A stretch of 64,000 nt of DNA from Bacteroidota bacterium. GTDB taxonomy: Bacteria > Bacteroidota > Bacteroidia > JABDFU01. Positions 1-9,138 of this stretch are shown here, in pieces; the stretch's first letter is position 1, and each line of letters opens with the position of its first letter. The DNA lies in NCBI GenBank assembly GCA_013286385.1, contig JABDFU010000006.1, forward strand, positions 7,601-71,600, in the 5' to 3' direction. The notes beneath the pieces were generated by a model. That model was not told where the DNA came from, searched no databases, and worked only from the letters and a program-made list of their open reading frames with translations. A program made the translations under genes and the position numbers.

Positions 1-1080
1 GAGGGCAAAAAACGGAAGCGTGGTCGCGATGTAAAATTCGCGCTGTTCGAGGGTGACCATCAGCGGCAGGGAGCCTGAGAGTCCTATAAGAAGCAGATAA
101 AAGGGGGTTCTGTTCAGGTCGGATCTGCTCATGGCAGTGCTGAAAAGGGGAGAGCCGGAGGAAGCGGTCTTTCGCGTTTTGCCAAGAATCAAAATGATGG
201 CGCCGAAGGAAAGCGCAGGAATCAGCTGACAAAACAGATTGTAAACCAGGCGAAAACGGTTCCCGGTTGTCGCTGCTGAACCATTCAGCGCGGAAACAAA
301 TCTGGATTTAAAGTACAGTTCGTAAGCGCCATAAACAGTCGGGTTGCAAACGAGTAGGGTATAACTGATAAGTGGAATGAGCAGCAAGACCATACTGTAA
401 GCCAGGCTTTTTTTAAAAGAAATTTTTGAGGGTATAGCGAGCCAAAACAAAGCCGGAGCCACGATGGGGTACATTCCCTGGATGCCTTTGGTCAGGCTGG
501 CAAGAAAAATGAATACCGCTCCCAGAAACAGATTAAGCAAAGTCCTTGCCTTAATAAGCAAGGACTTTAAAATGAAGTAAACGGCCATGGTTGTAAAAAC
601 GCCCATAACTGTTTCTTCGACCAGATTGTTATAGGTCCAAAAACACACCGGAATTGTAATCCAAAGAAGAACCGGCAGCCAGCTTTTAGCTGCAATCGCT
701 TCGTCTTCTCTGAATACCAGCCTCCAGATTTTTACGATGTAAAGTGTCGTTACAAACAATGTTAAAAGGCAAAAGATCCTTTCGGTATACATCGAGTTTC
801 CCAGCAATTTGAAAAACAGGGCCATTAATCCGAAGTAGAGGGGTGGCTGCTCGTGAAAAGCGAGACCTGAAGTTTCCCCGAAATAAGGATTCCAGAAGCT
901 GCCTGAGCCGTTTGCCAGATTTTTGGAGACGCAAACGTACAATTCCCCATCCATGAACATTCCATCCTGAAAGAGTTGGGAAACAACCAGAATAAAAACA
1001 AGGGCTATGGTTAAAAACCAATAGGGCTTCTCTTTTGCGGGTATACTATACAATAACGCTGTTTTTCGGGACAAAAACAT
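1..1080 (-). CDS. GT-C fold glycosyltransferase, ArnT/PMT (GT39/GT83)-like polytopic membrane protein; 3' end runs off the window
   Basis: Hand translation of the minus strand from the ATG at 1080 gives MFLSRKTALLYSIPAKEKPYWFLTIALVFILVVSQLFQDGMFMDGELYVCVSKNLANGSG... The frame is open to position 1 and is not in the supplied ORF track, which lists only a 111-aa ORF in another frame. It has a short cytoplasmic N-terminus, a first TM helix, then a DGELY acidic loop motif typical of ArnT/PMT-type GT-C enzymes, followed by many TM helices. Confidence 0.55.
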   Translation of the reverse strand, partial: MFLSRKTALLYSIPAKEKPYWFLTIALVFILVVSQLFQDGMFMDGELYVCVSKNLANGSGSFWNPYFGETSGLAFHEQPPLYFGLMALFFKLLGNSMYTERIFCLLTLFVTTLYIVKIWRLVFREDEAIAAKSWLPVLLWITIPVCFWTYNNLVEETVMGVFTTMAVYFILKSLLIKARTLLNLFLGAVFIFLASLTKGIQGMYPIVAPALFWLAIPSKISFKKSLAYSMVLLLIPLISYTLLVCNPTVYGAYELYFKSRFVSALNGSAATTGNRFRLVYNLFCQLIPALSFGAIILILGKTRKTASSGSPLFSTAMSRSDLNRTPFYLLLIGLSGSLPLMVTLEQREFYIATTLPFFAL

Positions 1081-1091
1081 GAGCTGTAAAA

Positions 1092-2369
1092 TTACGCCTT
1101 TTCCAGTGTAATTACGGTGACCTCGGGCCATATACCAACCCTGCCCGGAAAGCCAATAAAACCAAATCCCCGGTTCACATACAGAAATTTATTGTTTTCC
1201 TGATACAAGTCTGCCCAACGAGGATAGCGGTACTGAACCGGGCTCCATTTGATTCCTGGAATTTCTACGCCGAATTGCATTCCGTGTGTGTGTCCGGCAA
1301 GGGTAAGGTGAATGTGTTTGGGGTAGGTAAGCGTTTGAGCGTCCCAGTGAGAAGGATCGTGGGAAAGTAAAATTTTAAATGCATCGTCCGGAATCCCTAT
1401 CATTGATTTGTCGAGGTCTCCGTATTTAGTAAAGCTCCCGTTGCCCCAGTTCTCCAATCCGATAAGCGCAAACCGTTCTCCATCTTTTTCAATGAACGTG
1501 TTTTCGTTCAACATCAGTTTGAAGCCCAGTTCACGGTGAATAGCTATAAGCCGGTCGTGGTTCTTCTTTTTTTCTTCAGCCGAATCCCAGGTTGAATAAT
1601 CACCGTAATCGTGATTACCAAAAATGGAATAGACGCCCATAGCAGCCTTGAGCTGTTTAAAATGTGAAATCCAGGGGTCCATCTCGTTGGCCAGATTGTT
1701 CACCAGGTCTCCTGTGAAAAAAATCAGATCAGACTTCTGTGCATTTACAAGATCTATGCCACGCTGAACAGCTTCAGCGTTATCAAAACTTCCCGAATGG
1801 ATATCTGAAATCTGGGTAATTGTAAGGCCGTGAAAGGCCGAAGGCAGGTCTTTAAATTTTAATTTTACCCGATGTACCTTGTAATTGTATTTTCCCTTGC
1901 TGATGCCATACAAAATGGAAAAAAAAGGAATACTTGCCAATGCAATTGCGATCTGACTAAAGAATGCCCTTCTGGATTCGAAAAAGGGAGTATCCTTTAA
2001 ATGACCGGTCGTCATTTTTACAACTGAAACGCCTCCGGCCCGAAGCAGGCGAAGGATGTCTTCGAGCAAGAGAACGATAACCAGGATCAGTTTAGGGATA
2101 TAAAGCAAAACAAATGCAGCTATCAGAAAGGGAATAAATCCCCGCTGAGGACCCGAGTGACGGTCAAATTTACTCAGAGCGAAAACCGCAGCACCCAAAA
2201 AGGACAGGTTGGCGGCCCAGTAAATCCAATAGATAAGTTGCCTGACGCGCCCCGACTGAATAAACGAAAAGGCCGTTTTAATACTTCTGAAGGTATATAA
2301 ATCAATCAGCAGCAAAACAACCAGAACAAGGCCAATTCTAAAAATAATTGTGGAAGCTGATGTGTTCAT
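1092..2369 (-). CDS. membrane-anchored calcineurin-like metallophosphoesterase
   Basis: The N-terminal approx. 170 aa are multi-TM. The C-terminal domain carries metallophosphoesterase motifs (GDLV, GNHDY, GHTHG). It ends 12 bp upstream of the GT-C gene start, so the two are probably co-transcribed. Confidence 0.75.
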   Translation of the reverse strand: MNTSASTIIFRIGLVLVVLLLIDLYTFRSIKTAFSFIQSGRVRQLIYWIYWAANLSFLGAAVFALSKFDRHSGPQRGFIPFLIAAFVLLYIPKLILVIVLLLEDILRLLRAGGVSVVKMTTGHLKDTPFFESRRAFFSQIAIALASIPFFSILYGISKGKYNYKVHRVKLKFKDLPSAFHGLTITQISDIHSGSFDNAEAVQRGIDLVNAQKSDLIFFTGDLVNNLANEMDPWISHFKQLKAAMGVYSIFGNHDYGDYSTWDSAEEKKKNHDRLIAIHRELGFKLMLNENTFIEKDGERFALIGLENWGNGSFTKYGDLDKSMIGIPDDAFKILLSHDPSHWDAQTLTYPKHIHLTLAGHTHGMQFGVEIPGIKWSPVQYRYPRWADLYQENNKFLYVNRGFGFIGFPGRVGIWPEVTVITLEKA

Positions 2370-2390
2370 ACTCAGTAAATAGCTTGTTTC

Positions 2391-2422
2391 GTAGCTTTGG
2401 TATAAATTTGCGACAAAGCTAC
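2391..2422. promoter_or_regulatory. 9-bp inverted repeat (GTAGCTTTG ... CAAAGCTAC) flanking a Bacteroidota-type -7 box TAAATTTG upstream of nrdJ
   Basis: The arms are at 2391-2399 and 2414-2422 with a 14-nt spacer. The spacer contains TAnnTTTG at 2403-2410, about 29 nt upstream of the nrdJ ATG. Confidence 0.4.
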
Positions 2423-2438
2423 ATCAATTTGGGCAACT

Positions 2439-4937
2439 ATGGGCAGTAAAAACAATACGTATACAGCGGAGGAAGTTCTGGCAGCATGTCTGAGTTATTT
2501 TGAAGGAGATGAACTGGCTGCCACAACCTGGATTAACAAATACGCTTCACGCAATGAAAAGAATGAGCTCCTTGAAAAGAGTCCGGATGAAATGCACCTG
2601 CGTATGGCAGGAGAATTCGCCCGAGTTGAACGCAAATACGCAGTTAAAAAGGTCAACAAAAAACGCTTAAGTGCCTATGGCCAAAACCGTAGTTTCTTAA
2701 CTGCTCAAAACATTTACGAATACTTCAAAGATTTTAACTATGTTATTCCCCAGGGCAGCGTAATGGCTTCGCTCGGCAACCCCAACGTAATCGCTTCGTA
2801 TTCAAACTGCGTAGTGTTGCCTGAAATCTTTGACTCCTACGGGGGAATACTTTACACCGATCAACAACTGGCTCAGCTTTTTAAAAGGCGCTGCGGGGTC
2901 GGCATTGATATTTCCTCGCTTCGTCCCGCAGGCAACCCGGTTTCCAATGCGGCCAGATCTACCTCAGGGGCGGTATCTTTTATGGAGCGTTATTCGAACA
3001 CCACGCGCGAGGTGGCCCAAAAGGGCCGCAGGGGGGCTTTGATGATTACCATGGACATTGCCCATCCCGACATTGCCTCCTTCGTTTCGGTCAAACAGGA
3101 TCTGAGTAAAATAACAGGGGCCAACATTTCGGTGCGACTCAGCGACGAATTCATGCAGGCCGTCCGGGACAACAAAGACTATACCCTTCGTTGGCCGATA
3201 GATTCAAAAAAGCCCCGCTTCAGGAAAACGGTTAAAGCCGCTGAACTCTGGCAGACCATTATCCGTTGCGCCCATGCTACCGGAGAACCTGGTCTTATCT
3301 TCTGGGACCGGCAGCACCTGTATTCCACCTCTTCTGTTTATCCGGGATTCAAAAATACCAGCACCAACCCCTGCTCCGAAATTGCCATGCAGGGAGGGGA
3401 CAGTTGCCGGCTCATTGCCATTAACCTGTTCAGTCTGGTTGATGATGCGTTTACCCCATCTGCGAAGTTCAACTACAGCAAATTTTACAGCGTGGTTTAT
3501 GAATCCCAGCGCCTGATGGACGATCTGGTGGATCTTGAACTTGAAGCTATTGAACGTATTTTGAAGAAGACCCAGAAAGATCCGGAGCCCGGATACATTA
3601 AGGAAATAGAACTGCAAACCTGGAAACTCCTTTATCAGACAGGGAAAAAGGGCCGTCGCACCGGGCTGGGTTTTACAGCCCTTGCCGACGCATTGGCAGC
3701 GCTTGGTCATGGCTTTGATTCTGCAAAGGCGCTGATTGAAACGGAAAAAATAATGAAGACCAAGTGCGAGGCCGAATTTGAGAGTTCCATCGATCTTGCC
3801 ATAGAGCGCGGAAAATTTTCAGGTTTCAATTCGCGCACCGAAAACAAATCTGAATTTATTCACATGCTTAAAAAGGAGCTGCCTGAAGTGTACAGGCGAA
3901 TGATGAAATTCGGAAGGCGCAACATATCCATCAGTACTGTCGCCCCGACCGGAAGTTTAAGCATACTCTCCCAAACTTCTTCGGGTATAGAACCTGTATT
4001 TATGCTTTCGTATACGCGCAGACGCAAACTCAATCCAAGCCAGCCTGGAGGGAAAGTGGATTATGTGGATGCGCAGGGGGATGCCTGGGAGGAGTTTTCT
4101 GTTTTCCATCCCAAATTTAAAACCTGGATGAAAATCAGCGGATCTTCAGAAGCTGAAAAAAGCCCCTACCATAAATCCACTGCTTCAGACATCTCCTGGT
4201 TAAAACGTATCGCTCTGCAGGCCGCAGTGCAGAAATACGTAACCCATTCCATAAGCTCTACCATCAATCTTCCTTCTGATGCCAGTCTTGAGCAGGTAGG
4301 AGAAATATATCTTCAGGCCTGGAAACAGGGCCTGAAAGGAATAACGGTATACCGTGACGGAGCCCGTTCGGGGGTTTTGATTTCTTCAAAAAGTCCCGAC
4401 CAGAAACTTCGGCCACAGAAACTCGAAGCCGACATTGTACGTTTCCGCAATGCCGATGAAAAATGGATTGCAGTGGTCGGTTTGCTGGATTCAAATCCCT
4501 ATGAGATATTTACCGGAAAAGAAGACGATCAGTTTTATGTTCCCCTCAGCGTAAGCAAGGGCTGGGTTGAAAAGACTATACAAGGCAAAGTTTCCCGCTA
4601 CGATTTCAGTTACCTGGACAGCGAAGGGAATAAAAAAACGGTGGAGGGGTTGAGCCGTTCTTTCAATCCCGAATACTGGAACTATGCCAAGTTGATTTCG
4701 GGAGTATTGCGCCACGGCATGCCCTTGCTTCAGGTTTGCGACCTGGTTGAAAATTTAAAACTCTACAGCGACAACATCAATACCTGGAAAAGCGGAGTTA
4801 CCAGGGCGCTTAAACGCTATATACAGGATGGCGTAATCCCTGCCGATCATCAGTGTCCTTCCTGTTCAGATCCGGACGGTTTGATTTTTGAGGAAGGTTG
4901 TCTGAAATGCAAGAGTTGCGGATACAGCGTCTGCTGA
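2439..4937 (+). CDS. nrdJ: ribonucleoside-triphosphate/diphosphate reductase class II (adenosylcobalamin-dependent)
   Basis: 832 aa. It has the NPCSEI active-site Cys loop, TVAPTGS, and a C-terminal Cys-rich tail (CPSCS...CLKCKSCGYSVC) typical of class II RNR. Confidence 0.85.
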   Translation: MGSKNNTYTAEEVLAACLSYFEGDELAATTWINKYASRNEKNELLEKSPDEMHLRMAGEFARVERKYAVKKVNKKRLSAYGQNRSFLTAQNIYEYFKDFNYVIPQGSVMASLGNPNVIASYSNCVVLPEIFDSYGGILYTDQQLAQLFKRRCGVGIDISSLRPAGNPVSNAARSTSGAVSFMERYSNTTREVAQKGRRGALMITMDIAHPDIASFVSVKQDLSKITGANISVRLSDEFMQAVRDNKDYTLRWPIDSKKPRFRKTVKAAELWQTIIRCAHATGEPGLIFWDRQHLYSTSSVYPGFKNTSTNPCSEIAMQGGDSCRLIAINLFSLVDDAFTPSAKFNYSKFYSVVYESQRLMDDLVDLELEAIERILKKTQKDPEPGYIKEIELQTWKLLYQTGKKGRRTGLGFTALADALAALGHGFDSAKALIETEKIMKTKCEAEFESSIDLAIERGKFSGFNSRTENKSEFIHMLKKELPEVYRRMMKFGRRNISISTVAPTGSLSILSQTSSGIEPVFMLSYTRRRKLNPSQPGGKVDYVDAQGDAWEEFSVFHPKFKTWMKISGSSEAEKSPYHKSTASDISWLKRIALQAAVQKYVTHSISSTINLPSDASLEQVGEIYLQAWKQGLKGITVYRDGARSGVLISSKSPDQKLRPQKLEADIVRFRNADEKWIAVVGLLDSNPYEIFTGKEDDQFYVPLSVSKGWVEKTIQGKVSRYDFSYLDSEGNKKTVEGLSRSFNPEYWNYAKLISGVLRHGMPLLQVCDLVENLKLYSDNINTWKSGVTRALKRYIQDGVIPADHQCPSCSDPDGLIFEEGCLKCKSCGYSVC

Positions 4938-5111
4938 AAAAAATCATAAATTTTTCATAAAGAGACCAGAGCGGTTATTTTGCAGACAATAACTGGTTGG
5001 GTTGCTGCAAGAGTCAGAATCCAGGATATCAAAGTTCTTCAAAAGGATCATCTTTAGTGCCTTTCAAAGCTATCAGCCATACTTTATATGTCTTTCGGGC
5101 GTTAAGCCAAC

Positions 5112-5801
5112 ATGAAGTTTCTGAAAATAGTTACCTGCCCGAAATTCATTCTGTTACTTTATGCAAACCTTGTACTTTGTGAATCGACATTTCCGGGTCG
5201 TTCGGTTCCTGTAATTGAAAAACGACATTACAGGCCCGGCTATTTTTTGAATGTTTCTTCAATTGGTTCTAAACGGGACTTGAAGCCTCCTTGCACTGCA
5301 ATAGCTGTGCCGCAAAGCAAAGCAGAATCCGTTATTCTTGCAACTCAGGAAACTCCCGCATTTAAATCTCAGGAAACTCTTGCGCATGATCCCCAGGAAA
5401 CCACTGCCAAAAACGACTCTACAAAAAATTCGGGGACATCAGGCTCATCGGGTGGCTCGGGATCCTCTTCTGAAAAAGGCAAACACAACCCAATGCATTT
5501 TAGGTCAGGAGCTTCAGTAAATCAGCGTTCAGGCGGGCGAGTTCATGGGAGCGTAGGCGGTTATCATGGGGGAGGAGGTTTTCATGCCGGGGGCGGGGGA
5601 TTCCATGGCGGTGGAGGCGGTGGAATGGGAGAGTTTTTCAAAGGCCTGAGCTCGGGCTGTTCAGGTGACGGAGGTAAAATAATTATAATTATTCTGCTGT
5701 TGCTTCTGGCATTTATTGTCCTGATCCTTTTGATTTATCTGATTGTACACCTGATTAAAAAGCATAAAGAGCGCAAACAGTTCAAATGGGCAGTTAACTG
5801 A
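5112..5801 (+). CDS. hypothetical Gly/His-rich protein with a C-terminal hydrophobic anchor
   Basis: This is the only long ORF in 5112-5793 on either strand. It has an N-terminal signal-like segment, a Ser/Gly-rich stretch, GGYHGGGGFHAGGGGFHGGGGGGMG repeats, then an IIIIILLLLLAFIVLILLIYLIV helix and a KKHKERK tail. It is low-complexity, so coding status is uncertain. Confidence 0.35.
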   Translation: MKFLKIVTCPKFILLLYANLVLCESTFPGRSVPVIEKRHYRPGYFLNVSSIGSKRDLKPPCTAIAVPQSKAESVILATQETPAFKSQETLAHDPQETTAKNDSTKNSGTSGSSGGSGSSSEKGKHNPMHFRSGASVNQRSGGRVHGSVGGYHGGGGFHAGGGGFHGGGGGGMGEFFKGLSSGCSGDGGKIIIIILLLLLAFIVLILLIYLIVHLIKKHKERKQFKWAVN

Positions 5802-7089
5802 TCAAACCTGAGGCCGGGATCGCGTCAAGAATTTTTGCCGTGGCGCCTTTTCTTTTCAAGACATAATCCCGGCTTGCTTCAGAACTTTTCCGTAAAAAAT
5901 CAGGGTCGCTGTTAAATTTCAAAATTAAAGAATTGAGCTCTTCTGAAGTGCGGATGCAAAAAGCCCCTCCCAGGGCAATCAGTTCTGAGGCCTCGTTAAA
6001 TTTTGAATACCGGGGTCCAAATATTACCGGCAGTCCATAAACTGCCGGCTCAAGTATATTGTGGATACCTTCGGTAAATCCTCCTCCTACGTAGGCCATT
6101 GTGGCGTATTGGTAAAGTGAGGAAAGCATTCCGATTGAATCAACGATCAAAACTTCAGCTTCCTGCAGGTTGTCCTCGTTAGCCAATTTGCCTTCTTTAG
6201 CCAACGAATACCGCAAGGTTTTGAATCTGGCATATTTTTTCTCCAGGGATTCAATGTGAACGTTGTCCACTTCGTGCGGAGCAATAATCAGTTTAAGGCG
6301 TAGCGTTGAAATTATTTCTTCGTCCTCTTCCCAGGTGCTCCCTGCAACAAGAACCTTTGAATTACCTGTAAATCTTCTTATCAATGGAAAGTCTTTTTTT
6401 TGTTCTGCGATTTCTGCTACCCGGTCAAAACGGGTATCTCCGCTTACTGTGGTATTTTTAAATCCAATCTGATTGAGCAAGACCTGTGAGGCATTGTCCT
6501 GCAAAAAGAAGTGCGTAAAGCAATCCAGTTGTTTACGTGCCCATCCGCCGTAAAAAGTAAAAAAATACTGGTCTTTTCTAAAAACGCCGGAAAGCAAATA
6601 CGTTGGAACATTTTTATTTTTCAGCTCCCGAAGGAAGTTGTACCAGAATTCATACTTTACAAAAAAAGCAGCCTTCAGGGGCAATCCTTCAACAAATTTC
6701 CGGGCATTGGATTTCGTATCCAGGGGCAGATAAAAAACAAAATCTGCACCTTTGTAGTTTTTCTGAACCTCGTAACCCGAAGGTGAGAAAAAAGTTAATA
6801 GAACTTTGACTTTCCCCATGATGGGGGTCTCAGAACTTTGCTGGTCTCCGGGTGGAGAAACGTTGAACTTCTCCATAAAGGGCCTTCCCTGTTCAAACTC
6901 TCCAAGTGATGCACAATGAAACCAAATCAGCTTTTCTCCTTCAGACAATCCGCCTGTTATTTTCTCCAGCAAGCCCTCCACACCTTCTTTCCTGCCCCTG
7001 ATCCATAAGCTGGCCTTGGGGTTAAATAAGGAAGCAAACCTTACCGAAAGACCATACAAGTGAATTGCCAATGAATAAAGGATTCGCAA
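5794..7089 (-). CDS. waaA: 3-deoxy-D-manno-octulosonic acid (Kdo) transferase
   Basis: 431 aa. The N-terminal WFHCASLGEFEQGRP motif matches the KdtA/WaaA N-domain. A C-terminal GT-B domain is present. Confidence 0.8.
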   Translation of the reverse strand: MRILYSLAIHLYGLSVRFASLFNPKASLWIRGRKEGVEGLLEKITGGLSEGEKLIWFHCASLGEFEQGRPFMEKFNVSPPGDQQSSETPIMGKVKVLLTFFSPSGYEVQKNYKGADFVFYLPLDTKSNARKFVEGLPLKAAFFVKYEFWYNFLRELKNKNVPTYLLSGVFRKDQYFFTFYGGWARKQLDCFTHFFLQDNASQVLLNQIGFKNTTVSGDTRFDRVAEIAEQKKDFPLIRRFTGNSKVLVAGSTWEEDEEIISTLRLKLIIAPHEVDNVHIESLEKKYARFKTLRYSLAKEGKLANEDNLQEAEVLIVDSIGMLSSLYQYATMAYVGGGFTEGIHNILEPAVYGLPVIFGPRYSKFNEASELIALGGAFCIRTSEELNSLILKFNSDPDFLRKSSEASRDYVLKRKGATAKILDAIPASGLIS

Positions 7090-7100
7090 GAAAGATTGAT

Positions 7101-7865
7101 TTAGTAGGTGTAATATTCTTTTGGAGCCCTTTTGTAAATAGGCAGGATCCAGCCTACACGGATTCCATAGAGTATATCGTATCGTTGTGTATTGTTGTAG
7201 GCGTTCAGATCGTAATCATATCGGCGATCTTTGGTAAGTCCTTCTGTCAGGTCTAGTCCTCCGAAAAAATTTACGAAGCGGTTGTTACTCAAAAAAACAT
7301 ATCCCAGGAATTGTTCGAATGCAATGCCGTTTGCCAGGCGGTCATAACCCTTGCGCATTTCAGCATTCAGCTGAGGGGCAATCTGATCATTGCCATCCAC
7401 CAACGTGATGCGAATATGCTCCTCCATAAAACCCACTCCGAAATTCAGCAGTATGCCGGAATTCGGATTGGGGCTCCATTTGGGAATGACTTTACCGATT
7501 TTAAAAAAATTCGTAAAGCCTTCCTCCTGCATCTGATGGTCAACCAGTTTTCCATTGCTTGCAATCAAAAATCCGTCTGGGGTAGTGATGCTGGTCAGAA
7601 TGCTGGTATCTTTCACTTTACCGCCAAACAAATAATCGGCACTTACGGAGAATACCCAGTTTTTTTTCGATTTATATATGTACTGCAACTCGATTGTTGA
7701 TCCCACACCGAAGCTGCTGGCCATGTCTGCTCCCGGAATCTGCAGCGCATAGGAGGTTGTAATCATCGAAACGGGGATGACCGAATCCCGTATATGAAAT
7801 TGTGCTTTGAATTCGCCAAAGCAGAGGCAAAAAAGGAGTACAAAAGAGAATTTTTTCATTAACAT
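7101..7865 (-). CDS. hypothetical secreted/outer-membrane protein
   Basis: Signal peptide MKKFSFVLLFCLCFGEFKAQ. Alternating amphipathic beta-strand-like segments and a C-terminal aromatic-rich end (EYYTY). It lies 11 bp upstream of waaA on the same strand. Confidence 0.45.
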   Translation of the reverse strand: MLMKKFSFVLLFCLCFGEFKAQFHIRDSVIPVSMITTSYALQIPGADMASSFGVGSTIELQYIYKSKKNWVFSVSADYLFGGKVKDTSILTSITTPDGFLIASNGKLVDHQMQEEGFTNFFKIGKVIPKWSPNPNSGILLNFGVGFMEEHIRITLVDGNDQIAPQLNAEMRKGYDRLANGIAFEQFLGYVFLSNNRFVNFFGGLDLTEGLTKDRRYDYDLNAYNNTQRYDILYGIRVGWILPIYKRAPKEYYTY

Positions 7866-7878
7866 ATTTTGCAGCTCA

Positions 7879-7922
7879 CTTCTGTTCTTTTTTATTGATC
7901 CTTCTGTTCTTTTCTATTGATT
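7879..7922. repeat. tandem direct repeat, 2 x 22 bp (CTTCTGTTCTTTTTTATTGATC / CTTCTGTTCTTTTCTATTGATT)
   Basis: Read directly from the sequence. It sits in the divergent intergenic region between the secreted OMP-like gene (7865, minus) and the DegT aminotransferase gene (8002, plus). Confidence 0.6.
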
Positions 7923-8001
7923 TATGCCACTTCCAAGGGCATACGGGACTCTAAATTAGAATAAAATTTTTATATTCGTGCTTCTTTTATATTATCAGGA
8001 G

Positions 8002-9138
8002 ATGCAGAAGCTTGTGCAAAAAATTCAGATGGTTGACCTTAAAGGTCAGTATAAAAAAATTAAGTCAGAAGTAGACTCTGCCATTCAAAATGTAATCGAT
8101 ACTGCCGCATTCATCAACGGACCTGAAGTCAAGTTCTTTACTACAGAATTGGAGGAGTACTTAGGGGTAAAGCACGTTATCCCGTGCGCCAACGGTACCG
8201 ATGCCCTTCAGATTGCAATGATGGCACTTGGTCTAAAACCAGGGGATGAGGTTATTACGGCTGATTTTACTTATGTAGCCACTGCCGAAGTTATTGCTCT
8301 TCTGGGACTTAAGCCGGTTCTGGTGGATGTACATCCTGACACTTTTGATATTGACGTTCGGGCCATTGAGAAAGCCATTACTCCAAAAACCAAAGCCATT
8401 GTGCCTGTGCATTTGTTCGGGCAGTGTGCAGATATGGAGCAACTAATGGCGTTTGCGGCCAGGCACAAGCTCTTTGTCATTGAAGATGTTGCACAGGCTA
8501 TTGGCGCCGACTATACTTTTTCGGACGGAAGAAAAAAGAAAGCCGGAACAATTGGGACAATAGGATGTACATCGTTCTTTCCTTCGAAAAATCTGGGATG
8601 TTATGGTGACGGTGGTGCATTGTACACCAATGACGAAAACCTGGCTAAAATCTGCCGTATGGTGGCCAATCACGGTCAGTCGGTACAGTACGTGCATGAT
8701 TCGATAGGCATCAATTCGCGTTTGGACAGTATACAGGCTGCTGTTTTAAGGATAAAGCTCAGGCACCTGGATGAATACGCGGCCGCCCGAAACAAGGCCG
8801 CACAGTTTTATGACAGGGCTTTTGCCGGAAATCAAAAGATCAAAATACCTGCGCGTGTAAAGCATTCCAACCATGTTTTTCATCAATATACCTTGCAGCT
8901 TAAAGGTGTCGACCGGGTCAGATTAAGAGAGCAGCTTTCTGCCAAAGAGATTCCGGTTATGATTTACTATCCCATTCCTTTGCATATGCAAAAAGCCTAT
9001 GCCGACGCCCGCTACAAGAAAGGCGATTTCCCCGTAACTGAAAATCTTTGCAGTTCAGTGCTTTCATTACCTATGCATACCGAACTCGACACCGAAACGT
9101 TAAGCTACATCACGGACTCTGTTTTAGAACTTTTATGA
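8002..9138 (+). CDS. DegT/DnrJ/EryC1/StrS family PLP-dependent sugar aminotransferase
   Basis: The KIQMVDLKGQYKKIK N-terminus is typical of DegT/ArnB-like enzymes, so the start is probably at 8002 rather than 7978. Other marks are FTGDL-type segments, a PLP-Lys region and the C-terminal LPMH motif. Confidence 0.85.
   Translation: MQKLVQKIQMVDLKGQYKKIKSEVDSAIQNVIDTAAFINGPEVKFFTTELEEYLGVKHVIPCANGTDALQIAMMALGLKPGDEVITADFTYVATAEVIALLGLKPVLVDVHPDTFDIDVRAIEKAITPKTKAIVPVHLFGQCADMEQLMAFAARHKLFVIEDVAQAIGADYTFSDGRKKKAGTIGTIGCTSFFPSKNLGCYGDGGALYTNDENLAKICRMVANHGQSVQYVHDSIGINSRLDSIQAAVLRIKLRHLDEYAAARNKAAQFYDRAFAGNQKIKIPARVKHSNHVFHQYTLQLKGVDRVRLREQLSAKEIPVMIYYPIPLHMQKAYADARYKKGDFPVTENLCSSVLSLPMHTELDTETLSYITDSVLELL

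Noticed and set aside
686-1021. Track ORF of 111 aa on the minus strand
   Set aside because: A different minus-strand frame is open from the ATG at 1080 to the window edge and encodes a coherent multi-TM GT-C-like protein. The 111-aa ORF is an overlapping out-of-frame artefact.
2370-2438. Possible cobalamin riboswitch upstream of nrdJ
   Set aside because: The intergenic region is only 69 bp, which is too short for a B12 riboswitch. An operator-like inverted repeat is reported there instead.
3204-3710. 168-aa antisense ORF inside nrdJ, and similar antisense ORFs at 46505..47056, 50702..51175 and 52844..53213
   Set aside because: They lie opposite strongly supported long genes (RNR, M1 peptidase, T9SS cargo, ClC) and have no motifs. 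They are typical shadow ORFs.
4938-5111. 174-bp intergenic region after nrdJ as a candidate small RNA
   Set aside because: I found no convincing stem-loops or conserved small-RNA hallmarks by eye. It is likely the promoter or 5' region for the downstream ORF.
9048-9134. Upstream start for ugd from the track ORF
   Set aside because: That start would overlap the DegT gene by 90 bp. The conserved Rossmann N-terminus begins at the ATG at 9135 with an ATGA stop-start overlap.
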